Notes: generated by a model from the sequence alone, not told the origin. A DNA stretch of 64,000 nt from a virus (IMGVR_UViG_3300033142_001600:715-64714); one strand, 5' to 3'. Shown: positions 47,708 through 58,608, numbered from the stretch's first letter. Numbers and translations: made by a program.

Positions 47708-48304
47708 TTGATTATGCCTGTACCGTACGTGATAGAAAAGGATAAAAACCACAACGAACGCATTTATGATATCTACAGTCGGCTTCTAAAGGATCGCGTG
47801 ATTCTTGTTGGAGAAGTTATAGAATCAAACATGGCTAATTCTATTGTTGCTCAACTTTTGTTTTTGGAAGCTAATGATTCAGAATCTACAATTAGATTAT
47901 ATATAAACAGCCCTGGGGGTGAGATCGTCTCGGGTTTGGCGATATACGATACAATAAAGTACATTAAAAATGATGTTTCCACTTTGTGTTATGGGCGTGC
48001 CGCAAGCATGGCCTCACTATTGCTTGCGGCCGGTACACCTAAAAAAAGATTCATACTTTCCAATGCTGAAGTTTTAATTCATCAGCCTGTCGGTGGATTT
48101 CGCGGTCAAGTTTCGGATATTCGAATTACTCATGACCACATTATATCCACACAAAAAAGATTATATGATATTTATTGTGAAATAACTGGAAAGTCATATG
48201 AACAAATAAAGAAAGATTGTGACAGAGATTTTTTTATGACTGCCGAACAGGCGGTTGAATATGGTTTAGTTGATGAAGTATTAAAAACTTCAAAAAAAGA
48301 TTGA
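47708..48304 (+). CDS. clpP: ATP-dependent Clp protease proteolytic subunit
   Basis: DIYSRLLKDR, AQLLFL, YINSPGG, AASMAS, IHQP, DRD.FM.AE.A.EYGL.D. Confidence 0.97.
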   Translation: MIMPVPYVIEKDKNHNERIYDIYSRLLKDRVILVGEVIESNMANSIVAQLLFLEANDSESTIRLYINSPGGEIVSGLAIYDTIKYIKNDVSTLCYGRAASMASLLLAAGTPKKRFILSNAEVLIHQPVGGFRGQVSDIRITHDHIISTQKRLYDIYCEITGKSYEQIKKDCDRDFFMTAEQAVEYGLVDEVLKTSKKD

Positions 48305-48572
48305 ACATTTTAGCCACGCAATCCCCGAACGCTGTTCAGGGTTAGTGGCGTAGGAGAATAAACACGATGTTACAACCACTAGATTACACTACAAGAATAA
48401 CACTTGTTTTGCCTAGTAAAAGTAAACACGTGGGTTGCTTGGGCAACCCGGCATTAGAGCAAAGAGGCTCTGGTGTGGGGCTTAATGGTAATCCCCTAAA
48501 CTTGGAGGTGGAAGCAAATGCAACATGCTGATATTAAACAAGAAACTCCGACCGCTGGTCGCGGGCGTATCA
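48305..48572 (+). mobile_element. non-autonomous IS200/IS605-like element (no ORF)
   Basis: related terminal hairpins CCGAACGCTGTTCAGGG and CCGACCGCTGGTCGCGGG, TCA end, internal omegaRNA-like stems. Confidence 0.55.
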
Positions 48573-48584
48573 TAAAAAATAACA

Positions 48585-48812
48585 TTGGAGATAGAAATGA
48601 GTCAAGAAATTCGTTTAAATAGAGAGAAGGCTTTTAGTGAAATATGTGAATTAATTGATTTTGATCGTAGTAGGTGGCCAGAAGATATGGAAGTGTGGTT
48701 AGACCGTCGATACCGTGTTATGCCTCTACCAGGTTATGATACTCGTTATCCATCTACTCGTGCTTTTAGAGACAACATAAACGTTAAAGATCCGGTTTTC
48801 CAAAGAAGATAA
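48585..48812 (+). CDS. hypothetical protein (likely start 48597)
   Basis: GGAG RBS before MSQE. Confidence 0.65.
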   Translation: MEIEMSQEIRLNREKAFSEICELIDFDRSRWPEDMEVWLDRRYRVMPLPGYDTRYPSTRAFRDNINVKDPVFQRR

Positions 48813-48828
48813 TAAGGAGAGATTTAAT

Positions 48829-49614
48829 ATGCTTTTAAAAGAAAAAATAAAAATATTTAGTAAAGAATTAGCTTTAATTAAGTCGTTTCAAGTAAAAAAA
48901 TTCGTTATAGAATGCTTAGATGAGGCTCCAAGTTACATTTTTAAAAATTGCCCGTCAAGTTCTACTGGAAAATACCATAATATAGACGAGTTCACGAAAA
49001 AAGGGAATATCTTACATACGAAGCGTGTAGTTGCCAATTGTGATGTTATGGCCAGGGCTTTTGATCTAGAAGGAAAGGATAGAGATTTAGTTCTTGGTGC
49101 TGCTATACTACATGATATGGTTAAACAGGGTTTTAAACAAACAGGGCATACTGTTAAAGACCATGCTGCTTTGGCAGCCCAGTTAGTAGAAAAAGTTTTT
49201 AAGACAACAGAATCTAAAATAGAAAAAAAGGATTATGAAATTATTAGAGGTTGTGTTTTTTATCATAATGGTGTTTGGACACCTAAGCCAGATAATATAC
49301 CAATTAGTAGTTTTACACCACATCAATTATGTGTCCATATGTCTGACTATAGTGCTACAAAATTTCATGCCGGTAGTGCAGTAAATGGTGTGGAAGATAT
49401 TTTTGTAGAGTTTAAAGCTTTTGTTGAAGATTTTAAATTAAAGTTTAGGATAGATGATGTAAGAGATATTCCTATTATATCTGGCAAACTTTTTGGTGCT
49501 ATGTGTTCTAGTATTAAAAATTTTTCGGCAATGGAAGAAAAGTTAATGATGTTAGCAGCATGGTGTATAAAGGCTATACTATATTTGAGAATTCATAAAG
49601 GAGGGCAAATGTAA
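48829..49614 (+). CDS. HD-domain phosphohydrolase
   Basis: SSTGKYH...G...HT, ILHD..K, H, HNG.W, H..D. Confidence 0.85.
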   Translation: MLLKEKIKIFSKELALIKSFQVKKFVIECLDEAPSYIFKNCPSSSTGKYHNIDEFTKKGNILHTKRVVANCDVMARAFDLEGKDRDLVLGAAILHDMVKQGFKQTGHTVKDHAALAAQLVEKVFKTTESKIEKKDYEIIRGCVFYHNGVWTPKPDNIPISSFTPHQLCVHMSDYSATKFHAGSAVNGVEDIFVEFKAFVEDFKLKFRIDDVRDIPIISGKLFGAMCSSIKNFSAMEEKLMMLAAWCIKAILYLRIHKGGQM

Positions 49615-49616
49615 TC

Positions 49617-50057
49617 GTGTCAGAAAATAATGTAAGAAAACGTGGAAGACCATCTGGGTATATTATGAGCGAAGTATCAAAAAAGAAAATATCTTTAAAA
49701 TTAAGAGGTAGGATATTATCTGAAGAGCATCGACTTAAAATTTCAATAGCTATGATGGGTAATACAAACAGATCAAAAAGAAATAGTTCTGTATTTATAG
49801 ATGATTTATATAATGATTATATTAAAAATTATAGTGATGAAAATATAGGACAATGGATATCAAGTGTTAGAGAGGAGATATTAATGTGTTCTGGTATTTT
49901 TTCTAATAGACAATTATCTAGTTATTCTTTTATGGAATTAAGTGTTAACGATATAGATCAATTTCGTGGAGATAGTATAGACCCTGAAGCATTGTTATTA
50001 GTGTCTGAAACTATTAAGGAACTTGGTTTAGACATATGGGCGCTTGGCGATGACTAA
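49617..50057 (+). CDS. NUMOD3-motif DNA-binding protein
   Basis: SE..K.KIS...G...SEEHR.KIS..M.G repeats. Confidence 0.65.
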   Translation: MSENNVRKRGRPSGYIMSEVSKKKISLKLRGRILSEEHRLKISIAMMGNTNRSKRNSSVFIDDLYNDYIKNYSDENIGQWISSVREEILMCSGIFSNRQLSSYSFMELSVNDIDQFRGDSIDPEALLLVSETIKELGLDIWALGDD

Positions 50058-50886
50058 AAAAAAGAAAAGTAAAGTAGAATATAAAGATAGTGTGGTTGTT
50101 ACTTCTTTAGAAGAGCGTATTGGTGAAGAAAAGTTCGATGAGTTAGCATCAAAAGAACATAGAACACAAGAATTGCCAGAAAGAATAAAAAGCAAACGCA
50201 ATGTGTCCCCAAACTCGTTAAAGAATTTAGCTCAATATAACAAAAATATATCTAAAGAATCTAAAAAAACAATGTTAAAAAATCTTAGATGTGTTGTTGA
50301 TGAAAGTAAATTACAAGACGAAAAAGGACTAAAAGCTGAACAAGAAGACTTAGAAGATGATAAAAATCTTCGTGTATTTGAAAAGCTTGAAGTTAAGATA
50401 GGTGGAGATTTAGTATTGTTGTTTGATCTTATAGGTATGGTTTTTCCAACTTATCAAACTTTAACCAAAAAAGAACAAATTACATTTAATAATATATCAG
50501 CTGCTTATCTCAAGGATTTTGAAAATGAAGAATTGTCATATTCAGATATGGATGATGTATTTTCATTAGCTTTAAATAAAATACTTGAATTAAGGTTACT
50601 TAAAATAGCAAAGAAAAAACCAAACCTGCTTAGTGATACTTTCATTTCTTTAGAAAAACTTAAAAAACAAAATGATAAATTAAAAGAATCCTTGGCTACT
50701 ACAAGAAAGGAAAGAAAGAAACATGTATTAAAATCTGGTGTTTCTATTCTTGATTTAGCAGCTAGTTTTGATGAAGAACGAAAAGAAAAATTAGAGAAAA
50801 AAGAAAAGGAACTTCTTAAAAAAGAAAAAGAGTTTATAAAAAATAGGGTTTTTAAAGGTAATGAGGATGACGTTGATGCCAAATAG
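50044..50886 (+). CDS. hypothetical protein, possible terminase small subunit
   Basis: PNSLKNL motif, coiled coil, position upstream of terL. Confidence 0.45.
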   Translation: MAMTKKKKSKVEYKDSVVVTSLEERIGEEKFDELASKEHRTQELPERIKSKRNVSPNSLKNLAQYNKNISKESKKTMLKNLRCVVDESKLQDEKGLKAEQEDLEDDKNLRVFEKLEVKIGGDLVLLFDLIGMVFPTYQTLTKKEQITFNNISAAYLKDFENEELSYSDMDDVFSLALNKILELRLLKIAKKKPNLLSDTFISLEKLKKQNDKLKESLATTRKERKKHVLKSGVSILDLAASFDEERKEKLEKKEKELLKKEKEFIKNRVFKGNEDDVDAK

Positions 50887-52603
50887 AAAAGAAATAAAGT
50901 GTGCCATATGCGGAAGAAAGTGTAAAGGCACAAGAGGGTTGGCTTTTCATTTAAGATCACACAGTGTATCCAATGAAGAGTATTATCTTACATATATTTG
51001 TCCCGATTCAAATAGATGTGTTATTTGTGGACAGCCTACTAAGTTTAACAAGTTGTCTAAGGGTTTTTATAAAACATGTTGTAAAGAATGCAGAATAAAA
51101 TCATTCAAAATGGAATATAATAAAACATGTATGGAAAGATACGGGGTTAATAGCCCAATGAAGTTGGATATTTTCAAAGAAAAAGTCAAAAACACTATGA
51201 TTAAAAATTACGGTGTAGATAATATAGCAAAAAGTAAAAAAATACAAAATATTAAAAAAGAAAATCATTTAAAAAAATATGGTGTAGAAGCCCCTGCTCA
51301 ACGAGATAGTATTAAAGCTAAAATGGCAGCAACTAATATAGAGAGGTATGGTGTAGCTTTTGCGTCAAAAACAGATAAAGTTAAAGAGAAAGTGAAACAA
51401 ACAAATTTAGATCGTTATGGGGTTTGTGCTCCCCTTCAGAGTAGCAGTGTTCTTGATAAAATGAAAAAGACATGTTTAAAAAGGTATGGTGTAGAAAATC
51501 CAGGACAATTACGCAAAACAATAGATGTAAATAAAGAGTTAATGCTGGATAAGATTATAAGTGGTGTGAGATTACAGTATTGTAGTATGTTAGATATTTC
51601 TAGTTACATTTCTACTAATAAAGATAATAAATATAAATTTAAATGTAATTATTGTGATAACATTTTTTTTTCACATTTAGAAAATGGGCATCAGCCAAAA
51701 TGTCCGATATGTTTTAACGGAAGTTTGATAGAACAATATATTTCTGAAATTTTGTCAATGTTTAATATAAAATATATAACAAACGATAGAAGCATTATTA
51801 GCCCATATGAATTAGATTTTTATCTTCCTGATTATAATATAGCAATAGAATGTAATGGTATCTACTGGCATGCAGAAAACCAGCTGGCAAATAGAAAATT
51901 ATTACCATGTAGTATAAGAAATTATCATTTATTTAAATATAATATGTGTAAAAAAAATGGAATAAAATTATTACAGTTTTTTGAAGATGAGATACTAGAT
52001 AAAAAAGTTATAGTAGAATCGATGATTTTAAATAGACTTGGGTTATCAGAAAAACTATGCGGAGCAAGACAATGTAATATAGTAGATATTAGTGCTAAAA
52101 TAGCAAATAAATTTTTGAACGATAATCATATTCATGGTAGAAATTATGGAAGTACAGATTCAATGGGTGCCATATATAAAGGTAATTTGGTTTCGGTAAT
52201 GTCATTTAAAAAAGGAAACATATCGAGAAAATCTACACAAATGGAGTTAGATAGATTTTGTACTAAAACACATTATTATATTCCAGGCATTTCTTCAAAA
52301 ATGTTTAGTCGTTTTTTAAAAACCAGACAGGTGTTTGGTAATATCCTCACGTATTCTGATTTACGTTTTGGTGTCGGTAGTGTGTATAAATATTTAGGTT
52401 TTAATTTTATTAGTCAATCTCTACCAAATTACTTTTATGTAATAGGTACGAAACGTAAACATAGGTTTTCATATAGAAAATCTGTTTTAAAAAATAAATT
52501 AAGAACATTTGACCCAACTTTAACGGAATATCAAAATATGTTAAGTAACGGGTATGATAGGGTGTGGGATTGTGGTCATTTTAAATTTTTATATGGTAAA
52601 TAA
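50861..52603 (+). CDS. putative homing endonuclease (paralog of 36653 and 61230); likely start 50876
   Basis: RYGV repeats; ELDFYLP...AIECNG.YWH; GYDRVWDCG. Confidence 0.8.
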   Translation: MRMTLMPNRKEIKCAICGRKCKGTRGLAFHLRSHSVSNEEYYLTYICPDSNRCVICGQPTKFNKLSKGFYKTCCKECRIKSFKMEYNKTCMERYGVNSPMKLDIFKEKVKNTMIKNYGVDNIAKSKKIQNIKKENHLKKYGVEAPAQRDSIKAKMAATNIERYGVAFASKTDKVKEKVKQTNLDRYGVCAPLQSSSVLDKMKKTCLKRYGVENPGQLRKTIDVNKELMLDKIISGVRLQYCSMLDISSYISTNKDNKYKFKCNYCDNIFFSHLENGHQPKCPICFNGSLIEQYISEILSMFNIKYITNDRSIISPYELDFYLPDYNIAIECNGIYWHAENQLANRKLLPCSIRNYHLFKYNMCKKNGIKLLQFFEDEILDKKVIVESMILNRLGLSEKLCGARQCNIVDISAKIANKFLNDNHIHGRNYGSTDSMGAIYKGNLVSVMSFKKGNISRKSTQMELDRFCTKTHYYIPGISSKMFSRFLKTRQVFGNILTYSDLRFGVGSVYKYLGFNFISQSLPNYFYVIGTKRKHRFSYRKSVLKNKLRTFDPTLTEYQNMLSNGYDRVWDCGHFKFLYGK

Positions 52604-53006
52604 TGAAAAAAAAGTATTTCTTGGCGGAACTTGTAATGAAAGTACTTGGCGCAACAGGATGGTGATTTATTTACACGAAGAAGGGGTCGAATGGTTTAAT
52701 CCCGTTGTTCCTGATTGGACAGAAGCATGTATGACACAAGAAATTAAGGAACGTGAGACTTGTGATTTTGTTCTTTATACAATTACGCCAAAAATGACAG
52801 GAGTTTATTCCATTGCTGAAGTTGTCGATGATAGCAATAAAAGACCAAGCAAGACTATTTTGGTGCTATTACGTGATGATAGAGATTTGCGTTTTTCAAA
52901 GGGGCAGTGGAAATCACTTGGTGCTGTAGCCAAAATGGTTACTCGTAATGGTGGCAACGTTTTTGATAGTTTAAAATCTGCTGCTATATACATTGGTGGC
53001 AAGTAA
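52554..53006 (+). CDS. nucleoside 2-deoxyribosyltransferase-like protein; likely start 52593
   Basis: VFLGGTCN.S.WR, FNPVV.DW, YSIAE. Confidence 0.75.
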   Translation: MIGCGIVVILNFYMVNNEKKVFLGGTCNESTWRNRMVIYLHEEGVEWFNPVVPDWTEACMTQEIKERETCDFVLYTITPKMTGVYSIAEVVDDSNKRPSKTILVLLRDDRDLRFSKGQWKSLGAVAKMVTRNGGNVFDSLKSAAIYIGGK

Positions 53007-54708
53007 AATGAAGTCATATGAAATAGTTAAAGCACAAGCTAACAGTTTAGTATCTTTTTATCGCCAACATCCAGTAATTGCTGCTTATGATTTATTAGGT
53101 GTTACACTTGATGAAATCCAACGTATTATTTTTAGAGACATGTGGTTTAAGGATTATGTTATTATTGTAGCTCGTCGTGGTTTAGGTAAAAGTTTTTTAC
53201 AAGCATTGTTGGCAACTTTAAAAGCATTACTATATCCTGGTCATAGAGTCGGTTTAATTGGAAGTTCGTATAGACAAAGTAAAGTAATGTTTCGAGAAGT
53301 AGAAGCCTTATATCAACAATCGGAAATATTTAGAGAAGCCACAATGCGGGCTCCAGTAAAGAGTACAGATATGTGTGAGGTAAAATTCAGGCCGGCAGGG
53401 AAGTATTCAGGTTCGTCTATTTTAGCTATCCCTTTAGGTAATGATGGTTCTAAAATTAGAGGCCAAAGATTTTTCACAATCTGCGTGGATGAATTCGCGG
53501 TTGTGCCTGAGCAAGTATTTAATCTTGTAATTAGACCTATGGCAGCTACTACTCATGACCCCATGTCAAACGTAGCAAGAATGAAAAGACAGAAAAAATT
53601 AATAGCATTAGGTTTAGAGGTGGAAGAAGAGTCTAATGTTAATAAAATAGTTATGACCTCGTCTGGGTTTTTTAAAGTTAATCATATGTGGAATCGAATG
53701 AGGCATTATTGGAAAAAAATAGAATCAGGCGATAATACTTACGCTGTTCATCAAGCTTCTTATACTGATTTGTCAGAAGGGTTTTTAAATAAAGGTAACA
53801 TTGAAGAAGCAAGAGAAACAATGCCACGAGCGTTGTTTGAGATGGAGTATTGTGGAAAAATGATTTCCGATTCCGAAGGATTCTTTAAAGCGTCAATGAT
53901 AGAAGCGTGTATTGCTAATAAGTTAGATAATTACTTTAGTGTAAAACTAAAAGGAAATAAAGATTCAAAATATGTTATGGCAATAGACCCAGCTAGAACA
54001 AGCGATTCTTTTGCTATTCTTATTTTTAAAGTTAGTGAAATTATTACAAAACTTGTTTATGCTGTTACATATACAGGTATAAGCTCAATAGAAACTGTTC
54101 ACGAAGTATTTAGATTAAGGGATAATTTTGATTTAGTTAGAATCGTAATGGATTCACAGGGTGGTGGACTTAATATAAAAGATTTACTTGAAGCTGGTAT
54201 AGATAATAATAAACCTATTTTAGATTTATTAGATAAGGATAACTATGGAAAAGATGGGGATTTAATATTACAGCTGTTTAATCCGAGTCCATCAACAAAC
54301 ACTGATGCTAATTTTACAGCATTAGCTATGTTGGAAAAGAATAATTTTTTGTTTCCTGGTCCTCCGCAGTTTGGGTATGAGGAAGAGGATGATTTATATG
54401 AATATATAGAGTTATTAAAAAGACAGATATTAAGTATAGTAGTAACCCAAAACCCTAATGGGAGTTTGAATTTTAATACTCAATCAGCAAAAGCTAAAAA
54501 GGATTTATATTCATGTTTTATAATGGGTTGTTGGGTGATAAAACAAATAGCAAAAGAGAGAGAGATGTCTACTGAACAGGAACAGATACTGTCTTATACA
54601 GGTGTTATAAATAATAGAACAGGTGGTTCTATGAATAATCAGTACATAGATAGAGTAAATAATTTCGGCGGTGGAATAAGGCCGTTGATAGTTCCTACTG
54701 TAATATAA
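52993..54708 (+). CDS. terL: terminase large subunit
   Basis: RRGLGKS Walker A, KIRG.R...VDE Walker B, MEY, MAIDPA nuclease, KKDLYS. Confidence 0.92.
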   Translation: MVASKMKSYEIVKAQANSLVSFYRQHPVIAAYDLLGVTLDEIQRIIFRDMWFKDYVIIVARRGLGKSFLQALLATLKALLYPGHRVGLIGSSYRQSKVMFREVEALYQQSEIFREATMRAPVKSTDMCEVKFRPAGKYSGSSILAIPLGNDGSKIRGQRFFTICVDEFAVVPEQVFNLVIRPMAATTHDPMSNVARMKRQKKLIALGLEVEEESNVNKIVMTSSGFFKVNHMWNRMRHYWKKIESGDNTYAVHQASYTDLSEGFLNKGNIEEARETMPRALFEMEYCGKMISDSEGFFKASMIEACIANKLDNYFSVKLKGNKDSKYVMAIDPARTSDSFAILIFKVSEIITKLVYAVTYTGISSIETVHEVFRLRDNFDLVRIVMDSQGGGLNIKDLLEAGIDNNKPILDLLDKDNYGKDGDLILQLFNPSPSTNTDANFTALAMLEKNNFLFPGPPQFGYEEEDDLYEYIELLKRQILSIVVTQNPNGSLNFNTQSAKAKKDLYSCFIMGCWVIKQIAKEREMSTEQEQILSYTGVINNRTGGSMNNQYIDRVNNFGGGIRPLIVPTVI

Positions 54709-54723
54709 TAGGAGAATGCGGTT

Positions 54724-56529
54724 ATGGTCAAAAAAGATTTAAATATTTTAAAAGGCGAACTTAATACTAAGTATGATACTAATATATTAGATATCCAAGA
54801 AAATAAAGACGGCTCTGTATCATTTATGGTTGATAAATCTTCTGTTTCTCCGGGTTTTCTTAAAGATAGAAAAATAAATGATAGTAAAGTAGTTGGTTCT
54901 GTTGTTAGCAGACCAAGAATGGATAGAACATATTTAGATCTTCAAAATAAAACAACTGTAGCACAGAGGAAACCACATGTTTTATATAAAAGATCTGCTG
55001 ATGAGTATCTTAATGATCCTATATATGGTGCCAGTATAAATGTTTTAAGTAACTTTGCGTGTAAAGGTTTTGAAAATGATTCTGAGGATTTGGATATTAA
55101 ATACTTTTTTGATTGTTGGTGTTTTGATACTAATTTTGAAGAAGTATTAGAGTGGGTATTTTTAGATTTTTTTAGAATGGGCATGGTTAGAACTTATAAA
55201 ATTCTTGGTAAATATGTTCCTAGTATAAATAATATATCAGATCCTTCTGAAATTGTTAAAGATAAAAGCTCAAGTGCTGCCGGGGCTGTAGAAGATAAAG
55301 TTTCAGGTGCTGCCAAAGTAAGATGGTCTAAAAAAGATATACCTTTAAAATATACAGTTCTTAATCCAAATTTTGTTGAAATAGAAGGAAGTTTACTGTT
55401 TGGTGATGCTAAGACAACTTTAAAACCAAATACTGAACTTAAAGATTTATTTAAGAAAAAAACAAAGGATTTAACTACAGAAGAGAAAAACTTAATTCAA
55501 AAATTACCGTCTAAATTTAAAAAAGCATTAAAAGATGGAAAAAATATACCATTAGATCCACAATTAGTAGGCGAGATTGATTATAGGAAGATGCCGTATG
55601 AAAGGTATGGTTTACCTCGTGGTGCTAGAGTATTTGAATCTTTAAATTATAAAAAGTCTTTACGTGATGCCGATCTGTCAACGTTAGATGGTATTACTAA
55701 TTATATTTTAAAAATTACGGTAGGTAGTGATAAGTTTCCTGTTACTTCACAAGAGCAGTTAGAACAGGTAGCACAGTTGTTTAACACGCCTAGTAAATCT
55801 TTTGATGTAGTTTATAATCATACCTTGAAAATAGAAAAAATAACATCTCCAGAAATAGAAGCAGTGTTAGGTAAAGAAAAGTATGCACAAGTTAATGAAG
55901 ATATTTCTGGTGGTTTATCTTTACCAAGAGTGTTACTTGACGGTGTTGGTGATTTGAATACAGCGGAAGTGAATACTGTTGTAAAGTCTGTTGTTGAAGA
56001 AATACATTATGCAAGAAAATGTGTAACTAGGTGGATATATAAAGAATATATATTTATTGCTGAGGCTCTTGGTTTTACTAAGATACCTAGAGTTAGATGG
56101 GATGATACTATACTTAAGGATATATTAATGTATATGTCTATAATAGGACAATTAGTAGATAGGCGTATGTTAAGTTATAAAACAGCTCTCGAACGTTTAG
56201 GTTTCAACTTTATGTCAGAGCTTACAAATATGCGTAAGGAACTTCCTATAGTACTTAATGAAGGTGCATTTGGTATTATAGGTAGTCCGTGGCAACAAGC
56301 GGCTGGATTAGCGTATACCCAAGATACTCAAATGGCCCCACAAGGAAGCCCATCGCAAGGAAAGCCTGTTGGTGAAGAACCTACTGAAAATCAAGATACT
56401 ACACCCGACAAACAGAGTAAAGAAAACGATGGAGAAAGTAGTGCTAATATAGACGAAGAGTTGCTTAAAAAAGTTGGTGGATTAGATCATGCTTTAAAAA
56501 TTAAGTTGTTGAAGTTAATCAATGAGTAG
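54724..56529 (+). CDS. portal protein
   Basis: 601 aa directly after terL; head-module synteny. Confidence 0.75.
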   Translation: MVKKDLNILKGELNTKYDTNILDIQENKDGSVSFMVDKSSVSPGFLKDRKINDSKVVGSVVSRPRMDRTYLDLQNKTTVAQRKPHVLYKRSADEYLNDPIYGASINVLSNFACKGFENDSEDLDIKYFFDCWCFDTNFEEVLEWVFLDFFRMGMVRTYKILGKYVPSINNISDPSEIVKDKSSSAAGAVEDKVSGAAKVRWSKKDIPLKYTVLNPNFVEIEGSLLFGDAKTTLKPNTELKDLFKKKTKDLTTEEKNLIQKLPSKFKKALKDGKNIPLDPQLVGEIDYRKMPYERYGLPRGARVFESLNYKKSLRDADLSTLDGITNYILKITVGSDKFPVTSQEQLEQVAQLFNTPSKSFDVVYNHTLKIEKITSPEIEAVLGKEKYAQVNEDISGGLSLPRVLLDGVGDLNTAEVNTVVKSVVEEIHYARKCVTRWIYKEYIFIAEALGFTKIPRVRWDDTILKDILMYMSIIGQLVDRRMLSYKTALERLGFNFMSELTNMRKELPIVLNEGAFGIIGSPWQQAAGLAYTQDTQMAPQGSPSQGKPVGEEPTENQDTTPDKQSKENDGESSANIDEELLKKVGGLDHALKIKLLKLINE

Positions 56530-56549
56530 TGAAGAGTTGGAGGTAATCA

Positions 56550-57734
56550 ATGTTTAAATTTAAGACATATGCTAAAGCCGAGTTAGTAACAGACGCGGAT
56601 GGTGCATTAAAGAAGACTTTAGCTGGACGAGTTGATATTCCTGATGATGCCCCGTTTGATCTTTTGTTTTTTAAAGCCATTTATTTAACTAGTGGTTCAA
56701 ACCTTAATCATGTGTATTTTGATAAAGCCGAGCTTACAAAGTCTATAGATACTGTAGCTAATAAAGCTATGGATATTGAACATGAGGAACAAGGTATAGT
56801 TGGTCATATATATGCTGCTTCGTTTTTTGGCGCAAAAAATAATGAGCCTATAGAAGCTGATAAGTTATCTAGTTATGAAGGTGAGGCTGATGTTGTTATA
56901 GCTGGAGTAGTTTATAGAGATAGATTTCCAAAATTAGCTTCTGAAATAGCAAAGGGAAGCTGGTATATTTCTATGGAAACTTATTATGCTTCTTTTGATA
57001 TAAAGGTTGGTGATGTTTTGTTAGATTATGATACGGCTGTTTCTTTAGGTATGGCAGATCTTATAGGGCAAGATGTAACATTAAAGAAATCGGGAGAAGT
57101 AATTACGTCTGGAATAGCAAAAAAAGTAATTAGAGATTTACATTTTTCTGGAGGTGGTTTCGTAAAAGAGCCAGCTAATCCTACATCAGTAGTTTTAGAT
57201 ACATCTTGTAATAAAACAATTGATATAGCTGTTGTTACGTCAAAAAATGATAATAAAAATGATATTAACAACAATAAGAGAGATAATGTTGATATGGGTT
57301 CTAATAAGATGAATTTAGAAGAAGTATGTGCTTTTATTGAATGTTTGATAGAAGACTATGAAAAAGAGTTTTCGCGTCCCAATTATGATACTCTAATTAA
57401 AGAAGTTGATGATGCGCTGACTGCTGTTTCGGGACTTATTTGTAAAGAGTGTGCGAAGAAGTGGACAACTAAATATATAAATTCTTTGCCTAACAGTGCT
57501 TTTATTATTATTGAACCTGCTTATACTAGTGGTAAAACTGATAATAAAAACGCTAGACACTTACCTTATAAAGATGACGCAGGTAAAGTTGATTTGCCAC
57601 ACTTACGTAATGCTTTAGCAAGGTGTGGTCAAATTAAACCTGTTACAGATTCTATTTCTCAGGATTCATTAAGAAGTAAAGCCTGTAAGAAGGCACAAAG
57701 CCTTGGTAAGAAACATTTAAAGAAAAAGAAGTAA
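56550..57734 (+). CDS. putative prohead protease with extra C-terminal domain
   Basis: N.N...F, D.EH, VGHI, ISME, F.G.G.V..PA; C-terminal INSLP.SAF...RHLP...HLRNALAR. Confidence 0.75.
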   Translation: MFKFKTYAKAELVTDADGALKKTLAGRVDIPDDAPFDLLFFKAIYLTSGSNLNHVYFDKAELTKSIDTVANKAMDIEHEEQGIVGHIYAASFFGAKNNEPIEADKLSSYEGEADVVIAGVVYRDRFPKLASEIAKGSWYISMETYYASFDIKVGDVLLDYDTAVSLGMADLIGQDVTLKKSGEVITSGIAKKVIRDLHFSGGGFVKEPANPTSVVLDTSCNKTIDIAVVTSKNDNKNDINNNKRDNVDMGSNKMNLEEVCAFIECLIEDYEKEFSRPNYDTLIKEVDDALTAVSGLICKECAKKWTTKYINSLPNSAFIIIEPAYTSGKTDNKNARHLPYKDDAGKVDLPHLRNALARCGQIKPVTDSISQDSLRSKACKKAQSLGKKHLKKKK

Positions 57735-57870
57735 GTAATTAACTTTCTATTGTTTTATAGAAAGTATTTTTTTTAAAGTATTGTAGGGAGTTAACTAAAT
57801 GTTTGTTAACCTATGATATGGTTGGGAGAAGTATCAATGGTTTTAACATATAAAATTATATATGTAATAG

Positions 57871-57984
57871 TTGTGGGGTCAAACTTGATAGAGATGTCAA
57901 TGCCGCAATAAGTTTTAAAATGGCCGCAAGTTCTGCGGTGACAGCCTGTGGACACGGGGGCGCTGATCATGTTTTACATGATGA
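57871..57984 (+). repeat. 114-bp direct repeat copy 1, tnpB 3'-end relic
   Basis: identical to 58472-58585; translates CGVKLDRDVNAAI...TACG. Confidence 0.88.
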
Positions 57985-58036
57985 AACAGATGTTAATTAT
58001 TAATGTTTGTTAACGAGTTTAGGACGGTTATAACTG

Positions 58037-58429
58037 ATGGCGCTAAAAGATAAGAAACCTGTTCCAAATATGGTAGGTATGCGTGCTAATGCTGAAAAAG
58101 CTCTAATTATGAAAGATATGGGTAACGGTCATATGAGGCCTTTTATGTGGGGGTCTACTATTACTGTTGCTAGTGGGGATAATAATGCATTAGTAGCTAG
58201 TGGAACAATGGCGGATGTGTATGTAGACGAGGCTGTGTATGCTCTAAGTGATGGAGATTATCGTATCGCTAAAGATGCTGCAACACATACGGTAAAAATT
58301 GAGACGTTGACTACGAGTGGTGTTAATGCCGATTTTGATGTTGATGTTGTAGTATTTATGTCTACAGCTGCTACGATAGATATTAATGACTATACCGGAA
58401 AAAGAGGGTATTCGGTAGGTAATTATTAA
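58037..58429 (+). CDS. putative head-associated protein
   Basis: located in head module; SG motifs. Confidence 0.65.
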   Translation: MALKDKKPVPNMVGMRANAEKALIMKDMGNGHMRPFMWGSTITVASGDNNALVASGTMADVYVDEAVYALSDGDYRIAKDAATHTVKIETLTTSGVNADFDVDVVVFMSTAATIDINDYTGKRGYSVGNY

Positions 58430-58471
58430 AAAAAGAACAAATATTGGCACACAAAAGTGTGTATGTAATGA

Positions 58472-58585
58472 TTGTGGGGTCAAACTTGATAGAGATGTCA
58501 ATGCCGCAATAAGTTTTAAAATGGCCGCAAGTTCTGCGGTGACAGCCTGTGGACACGGGGGCGCTGATCATGTTTTACATGATGA
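58472..58585 (+). repeat. 114-bp direct repeat copy 2, tnpB 3'-end relic
   Basis: identical to 57871-57984. Confidence 0.88.
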
Positions 58586-58608
58586 GAATTTGGGACGGTT
58601 ATATTATA

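Noticed and set aside
47708-48304. ClpP as the prohead protease
   Set aside because: It resembles housekeeping ClpP, lies outside the head module, and a separate protease candidate follows the portal
58446-58461. TGGCACAC as another sigma54 promoter
   Set aside because: No GC at the -12 position (TGGCACACAAAAGTGT)
58549-58608. N-terminal 20 codons of the scaffold ORF in the track
   Set aside because: They start inside the tnpB-derived repeat; ATG 58609 with a GGGA element upstream is more plausible
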